64,000 nt of DNA from NCBI GenBank assembly GCA_030390025.1, contig CM059432.1, positions 52,640,001 to 52,704,000 of the forward strand, given 5' to 3'. Positions within the stretch are counted from its first letter, which is position 1. Every line of letters starts with the position of its first letter. The DNA comes from Squalus acanthias (lineage: Eukaryota). The notes beneath the pieces are model-generated. The model was not told the DNA's origin, did not search any database, and worked only from the letters and a program-made list of their open reading frames with translations. The position numbers were made by a program, and so were the translations under genes. Positions 1 through 11,557 of the stretch are shown piece by piece.

Positions 1-1389
1 TGACCTGCTGAGTGTTTCCTGCATTTTCTGTTTCAGATTTCCAGCATCCGCAGTATTTTGCTATTTTTAAAATTCTGTTGGGCAGTGTGATTTACACCTC
101 CTGGATAGTGCAGTGGTTTAAAATACCATTGTTTCACTTCTGGATAAGATATTCATCTCTGCCTGCTAGCTGGCACAAAAGTGGTTTTGCGTCAACATAA
201 ATGACAAAATTGTGTATCACTCTCCCATGTTTTATGAGCTGGATATGACATTCTCTATCATTCTGCATGCCAAAAGAAATGAAATATAACGAGCCTAGAA
301 ATCGTTTTGTTCTCTGGCTCCAGAGGCAGCGTTTGGTGTTTTGCCAATGATCAGTAGGCTTTGTGATAACTTTCCACCATATATTATGCACGTCGTGTTA
401 AATTGGGCTGCATATAGGTTGGAAAAAATCCAGTGTTCTGGATGATCCCCATATTTATCCATGATGCATTTTGCCTCTTTGTTTTGTTGGATTACATGTA
501 TGAATTATGTTTATCACTAATGGGACTGCAAAATGCACATACAGACGGAAATCCTGTCTGAGAGAAGAGCAGAACTTCTTCAAGGTGGACATTCCTAGAA
601 GAGAAGTGGCAGTGAATTAAATACTAATGCAATAGTGAAATACTGCGGATGCTGGAAATCTGAAATAACAGAAAATGCTAGAAATACTCAGGTCAGGCAG
701 TTGCTGAGTATTTCCAGCATTTTCTGTTTTAATTAAGAGTGGTCACTGTTTTCTAGGAAAACGTGGCACCTCACTTTTTGCACAGCAAGACCCCAGAGAC
801 GACATGAGAGAAATGCGTTGAGGGATGACTGTTCCCCAATATACTGGAAGAACTCCTTTTTCTTCTTATAGTGCCATGGATCTTTTACATTCACTTGAAC
901 AGGCAACTGGATCCTCTGTTTTAATATCTCATCCAAAAACAGCAACTCCAATAATGTAGCCTCAGTGAAGTATCAGCCTAGAATATGTGCCCAAACCCTG
1001 CAGTGGGGCTTGAACTCTCTCTCCTGACTGAGCACTGAGCCAAGTTGCCACTAATACATTTAGTTAAGCCTGTCCAATCCAAACCATTTGGTCTTAATCT
1101 GTTTTAGCAGATATTTTCCAACTCTGTCACAAGTAGTTATGCTGTGTGGCCCACAGAGAACTGTGAAGCGTTCACTTTATTTTAAGAATGTGTGCACCAA
1201 TGCTTCTCGGACAATTTTTCTCTGACACTTCTGCTTTTTCCTTTTTGATTTTTTTTGGTCTTTTTTTAATTCTCAGATTTTGGTTGTTGCAATCAGTGCA
1301 AAAGCTGTTTTGAAAGGTTTATTAAGTTCTTCAACGAAAACTCTATGCCCATGGATAGTTTCAAAAGTCTGTTTAACTGAGGAAGAAAA

Positions 1390-1833
1390 CAAATACGTCA
1401 ACAGTAAACATGATTTCAAAACTAGTCAAAAATGTCAACAGTTGCTCCTCAGGTGACGTTTGTTTTGTTGCTTTGTGAAAGACATGTGACTTGTTCTAAT
1501 AATTAACGAGTTCTTGTCGACTTCATAGCATTCCCTCTGTCAGACACGTGTTTTTGCTAATCAAGATGCGCCTGTTACTATCAATTCAAATTCAGAGTAG
1601 CCTTTGACCATATCTTTCTGGTAAGAGGTTGGAGCAGATTTGCTGTTTCTATTGGCTAGTGACTTTTTTTGTTTTACTTTTCAAGCTGGCGTTAATCAGT
1701 CGATGTACTTTGTAATAGCGCACATGGTAAACTTGGATTCCTTGATGTTAGCTGTCTTCCTGTGAGCGCAAACTATTGGAAAACATTTACAATGAACTAG
1801 CGTTTGTGAAGAGGGGAAATACTCCTTTTTAAA
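1390..1833 (+). promoter_or_regulatory. Putative promoter/5'UTR of the upstream exon
   Basis: Repeat-free stretch with CRE half-sites (ACGTCA 1395, TGACGT 1454), forkhead GTAAACA (1404), E-box CACGTG (1545) and two reverse CCAAT boxes (ATTGG 1651, 1775). Motif inspection only. Confidence 0.35.
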
Positions 1834-1920
1834 ATGTATTTCTCCAATGAGGATTGTGATTCTTCAGGAGAAAGTAGCAGTCTAAGTCAAGATAGCAGCT
1901 TTGGAAGATCCTGGCTCTGG
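1834..1920 (+). CDS. LPIN2: Candidate upstream (alternative first) coding exon of lipin-2: MYFSNEDCDSSGESSSLSQDSSFGRSWLW
   Basis: aaaATG at 1834 with an in-frame TGA upstream (1807-1809); 87 nt open; strong donor TGG|GTGAGT at 1921; a phase-0 join to the acceptor at 23730 gives ...[13 protein letters not shown] in frame. Confidence 0.7.
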
Positions 1921-2156
1921 GTGAGTTTGTGAAGCTGGTATAACTAGGACAATGACACTTCATGGAAAAAAGGATCTGTGACCTTTTTTCATAACTTATG
2001 TTAATGTTCTTGCAGTTTGGTTTGTTTTAAGAGCTCTGGAGGTCTCTCTAGTGTATATTGGGTGGGGTGCAGAATGACACAGTATATTAACAAAACCTGA
2101 AATTTAAAAATAAATATAGTTGTAAAATATTTGTATTGTGATCTACATGGTATAGT

Positions 2157-3523
2157 TACATAGGAATAGGCCATTCAGCCCCTCCAGCCTGTTCTGCGTT
2201 CAGTCGGTTCTGCCTTCAGTCAGATCCTGGCTGATCTGTACCTCCACTCCATTTACCTACCGTTGCTCCATATCCCTTGATACCCTTTTCCCAACAAAAA
2301 TCTATGAATCTTAGTCTTGTAAATTTCAATTGACCCAGCATCCACAACCTTTTTCAGGGAAAGAGTTTTAGATTCCACTACCATTTGTATGAAAAAGTGC
2401 TTCCTGATTTCACTCCTGAATGGCCTAGTTCTAATAAGATTGTGCTCCCTTGCTTTGGATTCTATCACCAGAGGAAATAGTTTCTCTCTATATACCCTAT
2501 CTAATCCCTTTATCATTTTAAACACCTCAATTAGCTCTCCCCTCAATCTTCTAAACTCAAGGGAATTTATGTAACCTGTCCTCATAATTAATCCCTGGTA
2601 TAATTCTGGTGAAGCTGTGCTGTACCCACTTCCAAGGCCAATATAAGAGCATAAGAAATAGCAGGAGTAGGCCAATCGGCCCCTCGAGCCTGCTCCGCCA
2701 TTCAATAAGATCATGGCTGATCTGATCCTAACCTCAAATCTAAAGAACACAAGAAGTAGGAGCTGGACCCGGCCACTCAGCCCCTGGGCCCGCTCCGCCA
2801 CCCACAGGGCCTTGACCGATCCGAACTCAGCCTCATGTCCAATTTCCTGCCTGCTCCCCGTAACCCCTAATTCCCTTTACTTCTAGGAAACTGTCTATTT
2901 CTGTTTTAAATTTATTTAATGATGTAGCTTCCACAGCTTCCTGGGGCAGCAAATTCCACAGACCTACTACCCTCTGAGTGAAGAAGTTTCTCCTCATCTC
3001 AGTTTTGAAAGAGCAGCCCCTTATTCTAAGATTATGCCCCCTAGTTCTAGTTTCACCCATCCTTGGGAACATCCTTACCGCATCCACCCGATCAAGCCCC
3101 TTCACAATCTTATGTTTCAATAAGATCGCCTCTCGTATATCTTTCATGAGGTTCGATGCCCAAAACTGAAGGCACTACTCCAGATGGGGTCTGACTAAGG
3201 CTCTGTACAACTGAAGCATCACTCCTGCACCACCAACCCCCCCGCCCCCCACCCCGGAGATTAAACCAACATTACATTAGCCTTTATAATTACATTTTGT
3301 ACTTGTGCGCTAGTTTCTAGTGATTTGTGTACGTGAAAACCTAAATCCTTTTGCTCCTCCACAGTCCCTTATCTCTTGCCATTTAGAAAATATTCTAATT
3401 TGTCTTTCTTGGATTCGAAGTGGATGACCTCGCACTTCTCCACATTGAAGTCCATCTGCCACTGTTTTGCACGCGCACTTGCTCTGTCTATCCTTTTTGT
3501 AACTTCATGCTCCCATCTACATA
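2157..3523 (-). mobile_element. CR1 LINE 3' fragments; a second CR1 (about 2647-3135) is nested in an older copy
   Basis: ORF2 C-terminal motifs (RRLRGELIEVFK, TRGHNLRI, RRNFFTQRVV) and CR1-type 3' tails. Confidence 0.9.
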
Positions 3524-4473
3524 ATTGTTTGCAGGAAGGAGGAGATGATTATTTGGAGACCATAGTTGCAGTATCATTCTACTGAATTACAACATTTAAT
3601 AAGTAATTAGCAAAATAATTTTGTTTAAAGGACATTGAAAAGCATTTTTTGTGAATTGGACTAAGCCTTAGTTGTATTAGAATTTTGCAGACATACATTG
3701 ATGGTTCACTCCATTTCTGTTCTGAAATTGGTTTGCAAGTATATGCAGCTATTTATTAAGTTACTGATACTGTTGTCTATTTAGGAGATACTATACAATC
3801 AGCAAGGGCACTCACTATTGAATAAGTAGGGGGACCACCATGACCACAAAGGTTTTCAGGTGTGGGGGGTAAGTAGGAAGTAATCGGGAGCGATTGAATG
3901 TATTTAATATTGGATTTTATAACTGGACAGGTGCAGATGACATCCATTTACACAGGAGCTTTATACCCAAGGATTCTACTGAGTATTGTTGGTATATAAA
4001 TATGAGGCTTTTGGGCATTGTTCCACAGATATTTTCCAGATTGAATCACAGAACAGTAATCAAGCAAAGACCTCAAGAAAGGAATGAATGGATTTTTGTC
4101 TTTTGGGAGAGACTTTTTATTCACAATGCAATTGCCTCTTTGGCTGATTCAATGCTGCAGTATGAGTGGCTAATAATGTGGGATATCTGAAACTCTTAGG
4201 GTGGGAAAGCTGGGATTGACTGCCCTGTGCTTTAGTTGGATTGCCATTTTTTCATGGTTGCCAACAGCAATAAGTTGTCATTCATGTGGATCAAGTGGTA
4301 ATATCCAATGTAAAGGCAGAAAATAGGAATAAATTCACCTAGCCTCTATTCTGTGACCTCGCTTACCACTGATAAAATTGGAGCCAAAAATTGGAGTGTG
4401 ATTTGCTATAAAGCTAAGATTAAGGGGTGATTTGAAGAAGTTGTAAATAGATTCAAGTATGTAGAACTATGCC

Positions 4474-4607
4474 AAAAGCAAAATACTGCGGGTGCTGGAA
4501 ATCTGAAATAAAAACAGAAAATGCTGGAAACACTCAGCAGGTCAAGCAGCATCTGTGGAGAGAGAAACAAAGATGATGTTTCAGGTGGATGACCTTTCAT
4601 CAGAACT
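4474..4607 (-). mobile_element. Short repeat of a second hammerhead-bearing family (probably Penelope-derived); related pieces at 1-66, 638-731 and 30588-30760
   Basis: Four copies share CTGAGTRTTTCCAGCATTTTCTGTTT...CAGATTTCCAGCAYCYGCAGTATTTT; the minus strand here reads CTGATGA-A-AGGT-CATCC-ACCT-GAAAC. Confidence 0.7.
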
Positions 4608-4745
4608 GTTATCACTTCTGCACAAGCAAGCTGTAGTCATTATACCATATTGTGATCGCAGTAACAATTGTTTTTAAAATCTGTCATCATAAAATGTTCC
4701 ACACAGCAGCTTTCTCTCCCAGATATCTTTTTATATAAAGGCATA

Positions 4746-4942
4746 GGGGGAAAAATTTGGTTGCTTTGCGCCTCCTGTTAGCGCCCTAAGAGGGCGATGT
4801 GCCGGGTGGCCATTTTTGTTGCTGGCCGCCTGCCAGCACCTGTCTCTGCTGCCGTCCCCGGCCTCATGACACCCCCACCCTCCACGGAGTGCGCCCTGGC
4901 GAAGTTAGCGCCCCAAAAGGGGCGCGACACAACTTTTCCCCC
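4746..4942. mobile_element. MITE (Harbinger-like)
   Basis: GGGGGAAAA / TTTTCCCCC termini flanked by ATA on both sides; GC-rich interior. Confidence 0.6.
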
Positions 4943-7356
4943 ATAGTACTTAAAACTGTTGCTGTGTATTCATTTCTCAGTGTAGAAATAGTTAAAGGAA
5001 TTCTGCTTTAATCGCATAGGTTGCCATTTGTCATGAACAGGTTCCTGAAATCTTTAATATAACTTGAATAAACACAGAGCTCTAAATCCACAGGATGTGG
5101 TCCTTCTGGTTTCATAAATTACAGAAAGGTTTGCTATATGAAGTTTGCTCTTTTTAAAAAAAAAGAAGTTTTGTTACTGATTTGTGTATAAAAGAAAATT
5201 TGTTGAAGTTTCGTAACAAATTAATTGTAGCTAGCTCTTAAGTGAATACTAATTAATGACAGTGATTTTCTGTTCATTGGTCTAGTGTGGTTCTCATGTC
5301 AAGCTGGCTTGCAACACCTTAAACCACTTTAGTGTTGATGTAAAATGGTTCCTCTTATGCCTCAAGGAAGTACTATATGTTTTTGTTTTGAAATATTTGA
5401 ACTTTTAATTTGGAAATCTCACGCTCTGTAATGGAGCAGCAGTAGTGTGACTGGTGTAATTGAAACTATTGTCTGATGTGCTGCTGTAGAAAAGAGGCCA
5501 GTCTGCAGCATACGGATTTTGACCACTTAACCAACTTTTAGAATGGCACTATTTTAATTTGAATCTCGGGTGACCGATGTAAGCCAGGTTCCAGCATTTA
5601 CACTGCTAAATCCGCCTCTTATCCTTGCAACAAGCTCACAGACCCACAAAAACAACCTGGGAGCTGGATTTAACAGTGTACATGTTGGGAGCTAGCTTTA
5701 TAGACTGTTGGAATTAAACCGCACCATTATAAAAACATGACCTCAGGATGTCCCAAAGCACTTTGCAACCAATGAAGTACTTTTGAAGTGTAGTCACTGT
5801 TGTAATGTAGGATAGCCTGCTGACGCTTACTATGTCGGCTGAAATATGAGTGGCCATTTGAACAAGGTACCGGGCTTTGGGGGGCGGGGTGCGGCGCATC
5901 GGAATCCAAGGAGCCATGCTCCAGCATGAAGTTTGATGCCTTCAAGGGAGGAGAGAAGTATATATTTAAAATGCTTGGTTTTGAATGTTTGCAGCAGTGA
6001 AATCGCTGCTCTCTCTGACTTGTTAATGGAAAACCAACTCACCATTTCATTTTCATTCTTAATCTGCTTTCAAATGTGCACTGTTAGTTTATCAGTGAGT
6101 GTTCTGTTACTGGCTGATTTGCAGTACTCTATGACCTCAGAATCTTCCAGTGATTGGTTTTGGAATTTGTTTTTATTTAAAGTACACTCACCTGGCATTG
6201 AACTTTACTTTTGATCTGATAAAAGTACATGGCTTAATGTTCTCCTTTCGGCTCCTCTGATTTGTGTTTATCTTGGGTGTGTCTGGCTCTGTGATAGACC
6301 TTTCCAGAATGTCTGTTATAAGGTGTATGGCCTACCATACAGGTTTCCTGAGTGGTATTTCTGAAGCTTTCTTTTGTATATAGGCATGATTCTCTGAGCT
6401 ACTTTTATTTGGTTTCATCAAGGCCAGCCCATTAATAGCAGAACAGTCTCAACTGAGCAGACCTTTGCGAAAAGAGGTAATCTAAGGTCACACATACATA
6501 CATATATCTGCTTTGTATTACAAACTAAAGCTTTCAAGACCACACAGGTAACTATTAAGGATAATGGAATTTGGGGGAGTAATACATTGGATTAAAACTA
6601 GTTAGAAGGGAGGAAGCAGATTGCAGGAGTTACAGGCAGTTTTGCAGTGGTTTGACATGGGTGGGTTATGATGTCCTACAGCGTTCTGTTCTTGAATGAC
6701 TTCTGTTCACTCTGTACATCAATGCCTTGGATATAGGGCTGGAGGGAGTAGTGTCCAAGTTTACAGACAATATTAAATAGGAGGAAGAGTAAGTAATTCT
6801 TGAGTTGTGGGGCCAGTGGGATAATTAGAGGGTCCTGGATGTGGCAGCATTGGGAGAGGTTCCAAGGTGGGAGTGCTGGAATGGTAGTGGAGGCGTGTGG
6901 CAGTAGCTTTGGCAAGTTTTAGTTGAAATGGACAAAGCACATTAAAGTACAAGAAATCCATAGTCCTGAATGGGTGACTTAACCAAATAAACATAAATGC
7001 ATAGATTATATTGTATTCACTTCCATTGTTCAATTTAATTGTGTTATCAGTCCACATGATTTAGAATCTGGGTAAATTGATCTGTTTTGCTTTGTGTTGT
7101 ACTTTGATGAAAGAAAAATTGTATCTGAAACATTCTTTTAAACTTAGGATTTTTTTTTTCTTAGTGAGTCAACTCGGGCAATTCTCATTTGCTGTAATTA
7201 TTATTGAAATAAAATTCACTGTTCCCTACCAGAGGATGAAAATACAACTCCATTCATAAAGCATCTTCCATTTATCCAGAAGAATCAGAACTGAACTCTG
7301 ATGCTTCACCATATAATCTAAAATGTATTAATATAAAGGTTACATGTATTAAACTA

Positions 7357-8418
7357 AAGCTCATCTTGTCCATGAGATCCACCTCCTGCTCCCTCAACCC
7401 TATTCCCTTCAAATTGCTGACCACCCAACCTCCCTTCCTGGCCCCCATGTTGGCTGCTATTGTAAATGGTTCCCTCCCCTTCAAATCTGCTGTCATCCCA
7501 CCCTTGACCCCTCTGTCCTTGCAAACTACCACCCCATCTCTAACCTCCCTTTCCTTTCAAGTCCTTGAACGTGTTGTTGTCTCCCAAATTCGTGCCCATC
7601 TTTACCGCAACTCCAGGTTTCCGCCCTTGCCACAACACTGAAACGACCCTTATCAATGACATCCTATGTGACTGTGACCAAGGCAAACTATCCCTCCTCG
7701 TCCTTCTCGATCTGTCTGCAGCCTTTGACATGGTTAACCACACCATCTTCCTCCAATGGCTCACCTCCATTGTCCAGCTGGGTGGGACCACCTACTTCCA
7801 CTTCCGTAACATCTCCCGTCTCCATCCCTGCCTCAGCTTATCCTGCTGAAACCCTCCTCCATGCCTTTGCTACCTCTAGACTCGACTACTCTGAAGCTCT
7901 GCTGGCCAATCTCTCATCTTCCACCCTACATAAACTTGAACTCCTCCAAATCTCTGCTTCCCATATCCTAACTCTCTCCAAGTCCCATTCACTCATCCCT
8001 CCCCCTGTGCTCGCTGACCTACATTGGCTCCCGGTCCGGCAACACCTCAATTTTAAAATTTTCATCCTTCTTTTCAATTCTGTCCATGCCTTGCCCCTCC
8101 CTATCTCTAACCTCCTCCAGCCCTACAACCCCCACAAAGATCCTCCAATTCCAGCCTGTTGCGCATCACCCGATTTTCATCGCTCCACCATTGGCGGCCA
8201 TACCTTCAGCTGCCTAGGTCTTGACCTCAGGAATTCTCTCCCTAAACCTCTCTCTCTCCTCCTTTAACACACTCCTTAAAACCTGCCTCTTGACCAAGCT
8301 TTTGGCCACTTGTCCTAATATCTCCTTCTGCAACTCGGTGTCAAATTTTGTTTAACTCTCCTATGAAGTGCCTTGGGGTGTTTTGCTACGTGACAGGCGC
8401 TGTATTAATGCAAGTTAT
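7357..8418 (+). mobile_element. L2 LINE fragment, internally deleted
   Basis: LLDLSAAFD, SRLDY and LHWLPV motifs; 3' end TTAATGCAAGTT. Confidence 0.9.
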
Positions 8419-9024
8419 GTATATTTCAACCAAATTTTATAAGGTTTATAACATTTTTTCCTCTGCAAAACATTTGCTATGACCTATACATAGTACTGGT
8501 CTAAATGCTTTAAATAAACTATCTGCACCACAAAAGCTGTATTTTTTTTTCCTGTTCAAACTGGTAGCTACAGTACAAGTTCCAGCCAGGCACTGCATTG
8601 TTCATACTGCTTGACTTCTCACTAGCTCCGATTCAACTTCTCCTGCCCAAGAGGGAAGCTCTTGAGCATACTTGTACTCATTTGCAGAGCTCTGCTGGCG
8701 GCTGTTAAATTTTAAATATTTCCGTGGCATAGGTAGGGGTACCCAGGCACTCAATGTATTTACATAATCTATGGTTAAGGTATTGGTAAATATTAAATTC
8801 TCTAGCTTTTTAAAAAACCTGGTTTGACAGCACACCAGTGTTTCCCTCCTCACCAATCACTCTCACCGGGCAGGGTTTTGCACTTTGAGCGGCTGTGTGC
8901 TACTTCCTGCTACTGGAAGAGTTTTCCTTAGTCATTTCAAGGTTCTTTGGTATCAGGGAGTGTTCTGGCAAATACAAAACTCCCTCATTAATTTTGAAAG
9001 GCTTCAAAATACAACACTTGCTAA

Positions 9025-10400
9025 AAATCACTCGCTCATCTAATGTGCAGTTGGTGTGCGACCACAGACAGCGAATCCTCAGTCAATGCCCGCTATCCTG
9101 GCAGCAGCCACGATGCCTTCATCCTGCGCCAGACTGGTTTGCCAGCACTTTTCCAGCCACCACATCAAGCTCTAGGGTGGCTGCTTGGAGACCTGGGCTA
9201 TCTGCTCCCCACCTGGCTCATGACTCCCCTCTGCAACCCCAAAACTTGTGCCCAGCACTCCTATAATGAGAGCCATGCTGCCACCAGGAACATCATCGAG
9301 CAGATCATCGGCTTATTAAAGCAACGGTTCCGCTGCCTTGACCGCTCGGGAGGAGCCCTCCAGTACTCGCCAGAGCAGGTGTCCAATTTCGTGGTGGTCT
9401 GCTGTATGCTGCACAACTTGGCCAGCAGGGATTGCGGGACCACCTCGAGGACGAGGAGGGTGGAGGCAGCGAGACAGGCTGTCCGTGACCGACTCATCAG
9501 ACTGCGATTTGAATGAATGATATCCCAGATCCCCGTTGCTCACCACACCCGGTCATACCATCCCTGTCTCTCGCCATATCACAGCGTCCTCCTGGGTGCA
9601 AAGGTGAAATGAGAGAGACCACAAAATATTCCAAACACCATTAATAAATTTATCTATAAACATATCACATTACATGAATTTTAATAACCACTGACCCTTG
9701 TGCCTGCCATAGTTGAATAGCTAATCATTGTGTGCAGTGTGTGAGATGTGGGTGTGAGTGTTGCTAGGTAGAGATTGTTGGTGGATGAGTGCTGGGTGTG
9801 TGGTGCATTAAGCAGTGTGAAGCTTGTGGTACAGATGGTGGTATGTAGCATTTGTTGAAGCCTTCACTCACCCTGACCACCCACATGAGCTCGTTAAACT
9901 TCCTCTTGCACTGGGTGTGGGACCTCGGAACCACAGTGCTGCCCGTGATGTGGTGTGCCACCTCCCTCCACATAGTCTGGCAGACTTGTGGTGAGGGCCT
10001 CCTGCCAGTTGGTACAGGACCGCCCGCCTTCCCTCCACCGCTAAAACCAATGCCTCCAAAGCGTCATTGGAAAACCTCCAGGCTCTCTCCCTGGGGCAGT
10101 GATCTACCATCAGGATTTGTAAGTAAGTGCTCCTTCTTGTCCTTATGAATGTTGAGGCAGCTGCACACCCAACAATGCTGAGAATGAGGTGCTGCAGCAT
10201 CAATGAACCTCCCGTTTAAGTAGTGAAAAAAGGCCCGTGGTAAACATTACTTGAGTTTAGACTACACCTAGAATCATGACTGCAATCATTTTAATGAGGA
10301 GTGAGGACGAATTTTGCGTGCAGCATAAACGATTTTCGCCTGGTGCTACTTTTTTTAGTCTAAACACTGCCCATTCCTTGGCTTTAACGAATTTCTAGCC
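9025..10400. mobile_element. Degenerate PIF/Harbinger transposon: transposase remnant (+, 9025-9516) and convergent Myb/SANT gene remnant (-, about 9865-10100)
   Basis: NVQLVCDH / ARYPGSSHDAFIL / LLGDLGY / YNESHAATRNIIEQIIGLLKQRFRCL / CCMLHN; RFSNDALEALV...WREVA...RSHTQCKRKFNEL; both frameshifted; right end GAATTTCTAGCCC|TTA. Confidence 0.88.
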
Positions 10401-10545
10401 CTTAGTCTGTTGGAGTCTAATTATGATTATAACTTGGTGGACAGTGAGAGAACATTCTCCGCGCATGCGCTCTCACCTCCTTTATGGTAGTGACCTGTGC
10501 TGATGTATGGTTCCACGGATGCTCTCCAATACTTGGTTCAAATGG

Positions 10546-10907
10546 TCACCTCTGTGCTCGCTGTCCTACGTTGGCTCCAGACCCACCGTATTCAGATCCA
10601 TCCATGGCCTCGCCCCTTCCTATCTCTAACCTCCTTCAGCCCTACAACCCCCAAGATCTTTCCTCCAACTCTGGCCTCTTGTGTATCTCCTACTCCCTTT
10701 GCTTCACCATTAGCGACATGCCTTCAACCGTTTAGGCCTTGAGCTCTGGAATTCCCTCCCTAAACCTCTTTGGCTCTCCTCTCCCCTCCGCAAAGCCTAA
10801 TATCTCCTCCTTTGTCTCGGTGTCAGTTTTTTGCCTGATTATGGTCCTGTGAAGTACCTTGGGATGTTTTTCTACGTTAAAGACGCTATATAAATGCAAG
10901 TTGTTGT
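10546..10907 (+). mobile_element. L2 3' end fragment
   Basis: Similar to the 3' ends of the other L2 copies (CTCTGGAATTCCCTCCCTAAACC...TATAAATGCAAGTTGTTG). Confidence 0.85.
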
Positions 10908-11060
10908 CATTTTTCAAATGTGAAATGTGGGCATTGCATGTCGGCAGGCTGCTGAACTTGTTGAGGAAAGCATCGTAGTCAATCCCAAACCTGTCCATCG
11001 ACACACCTTGCAGCAAGGCTCACTGGATCTCAGCTACATTTCTTCTACTTTGGCTCATCA

Positions 11061-11557
11061 TAAGAACATAACATAAGAAATAGGAGCAGGATTAGGCCAT
11101 ATGGCCCTTCGAGCCTGCTCCGCCTTTCAATAAGATCATGATCTTTGACTTCAACTCCACTTTCCCGCGCGATCCCCCATATCCCTTGATTGCTAACTTA
11201 CCTGACGAAGGAGCGATAGCTCCGAAAGCTTGTAAAATTAAATAAATCTGTTGGACTATAACCTGGTGTTGTGCGACTTCTCATTTTTGTCCCCTAGAAT
11301 AGGTAGAGAATTTCAAAGACTCACAACCCTCTGAGTGAAGAAATTCCTCCTCATCTCTCTTAAATGGCTGACCCCTTATCCTGAGACTTTGCCCCCTAGT
11401 TCTAGACTCTCCAGCCAGGGGAAAACAACCTCTCAGCATCTACCCTGTCAATCTCCCTCAGAATCTTATGTTACAATGAGATCACCTCTCATTCTTCTCT
11501 CTGGGGTTTAGTATAGGCCCAATCTACTCGAGACCTCCACATAGGACAACCCTCTAA
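11061..11557 (-). mobile_element. CR1 3' end interrupted by the hammerhead-bearing fragment
   Basis: AACATAAGAAATAGGAGCAGG tail; the CCCTTGATT/CCCCTAG motif (contiguous at 28991-29006) is split here by 11192-11290. Confidence 0.88.
11198..11235 (+). ncRNA. Minimal type-I hammerhead ribozyme motif within a Penelope-like fragment (about 11192-11292)
   Basis: UUAC-CUGACGA-A-GGAGC(GAUA)GCUCC-GAAA-GCUU-GUAA, followed by the same downstream sequence (CTGTTGGACTATAACCTGGTGTTGTGCGAC) as the 14.8-kb element. Confidence 0.8.

Noticed and set aside
6384..6476. 93-nt AG/GT-bounded cassette exon candidate
   Set aside because: Stops in all three frames and no homology; at most a non-coding or poison exon, with no support from sequence alone.
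9043..9516. Domesticated HARBI1 gene
   Set aside because: Frameshifted, lacks the N-terminal half and first catalytic Asp, and sits beside a broken Myb partner; it is a transposon fossil.
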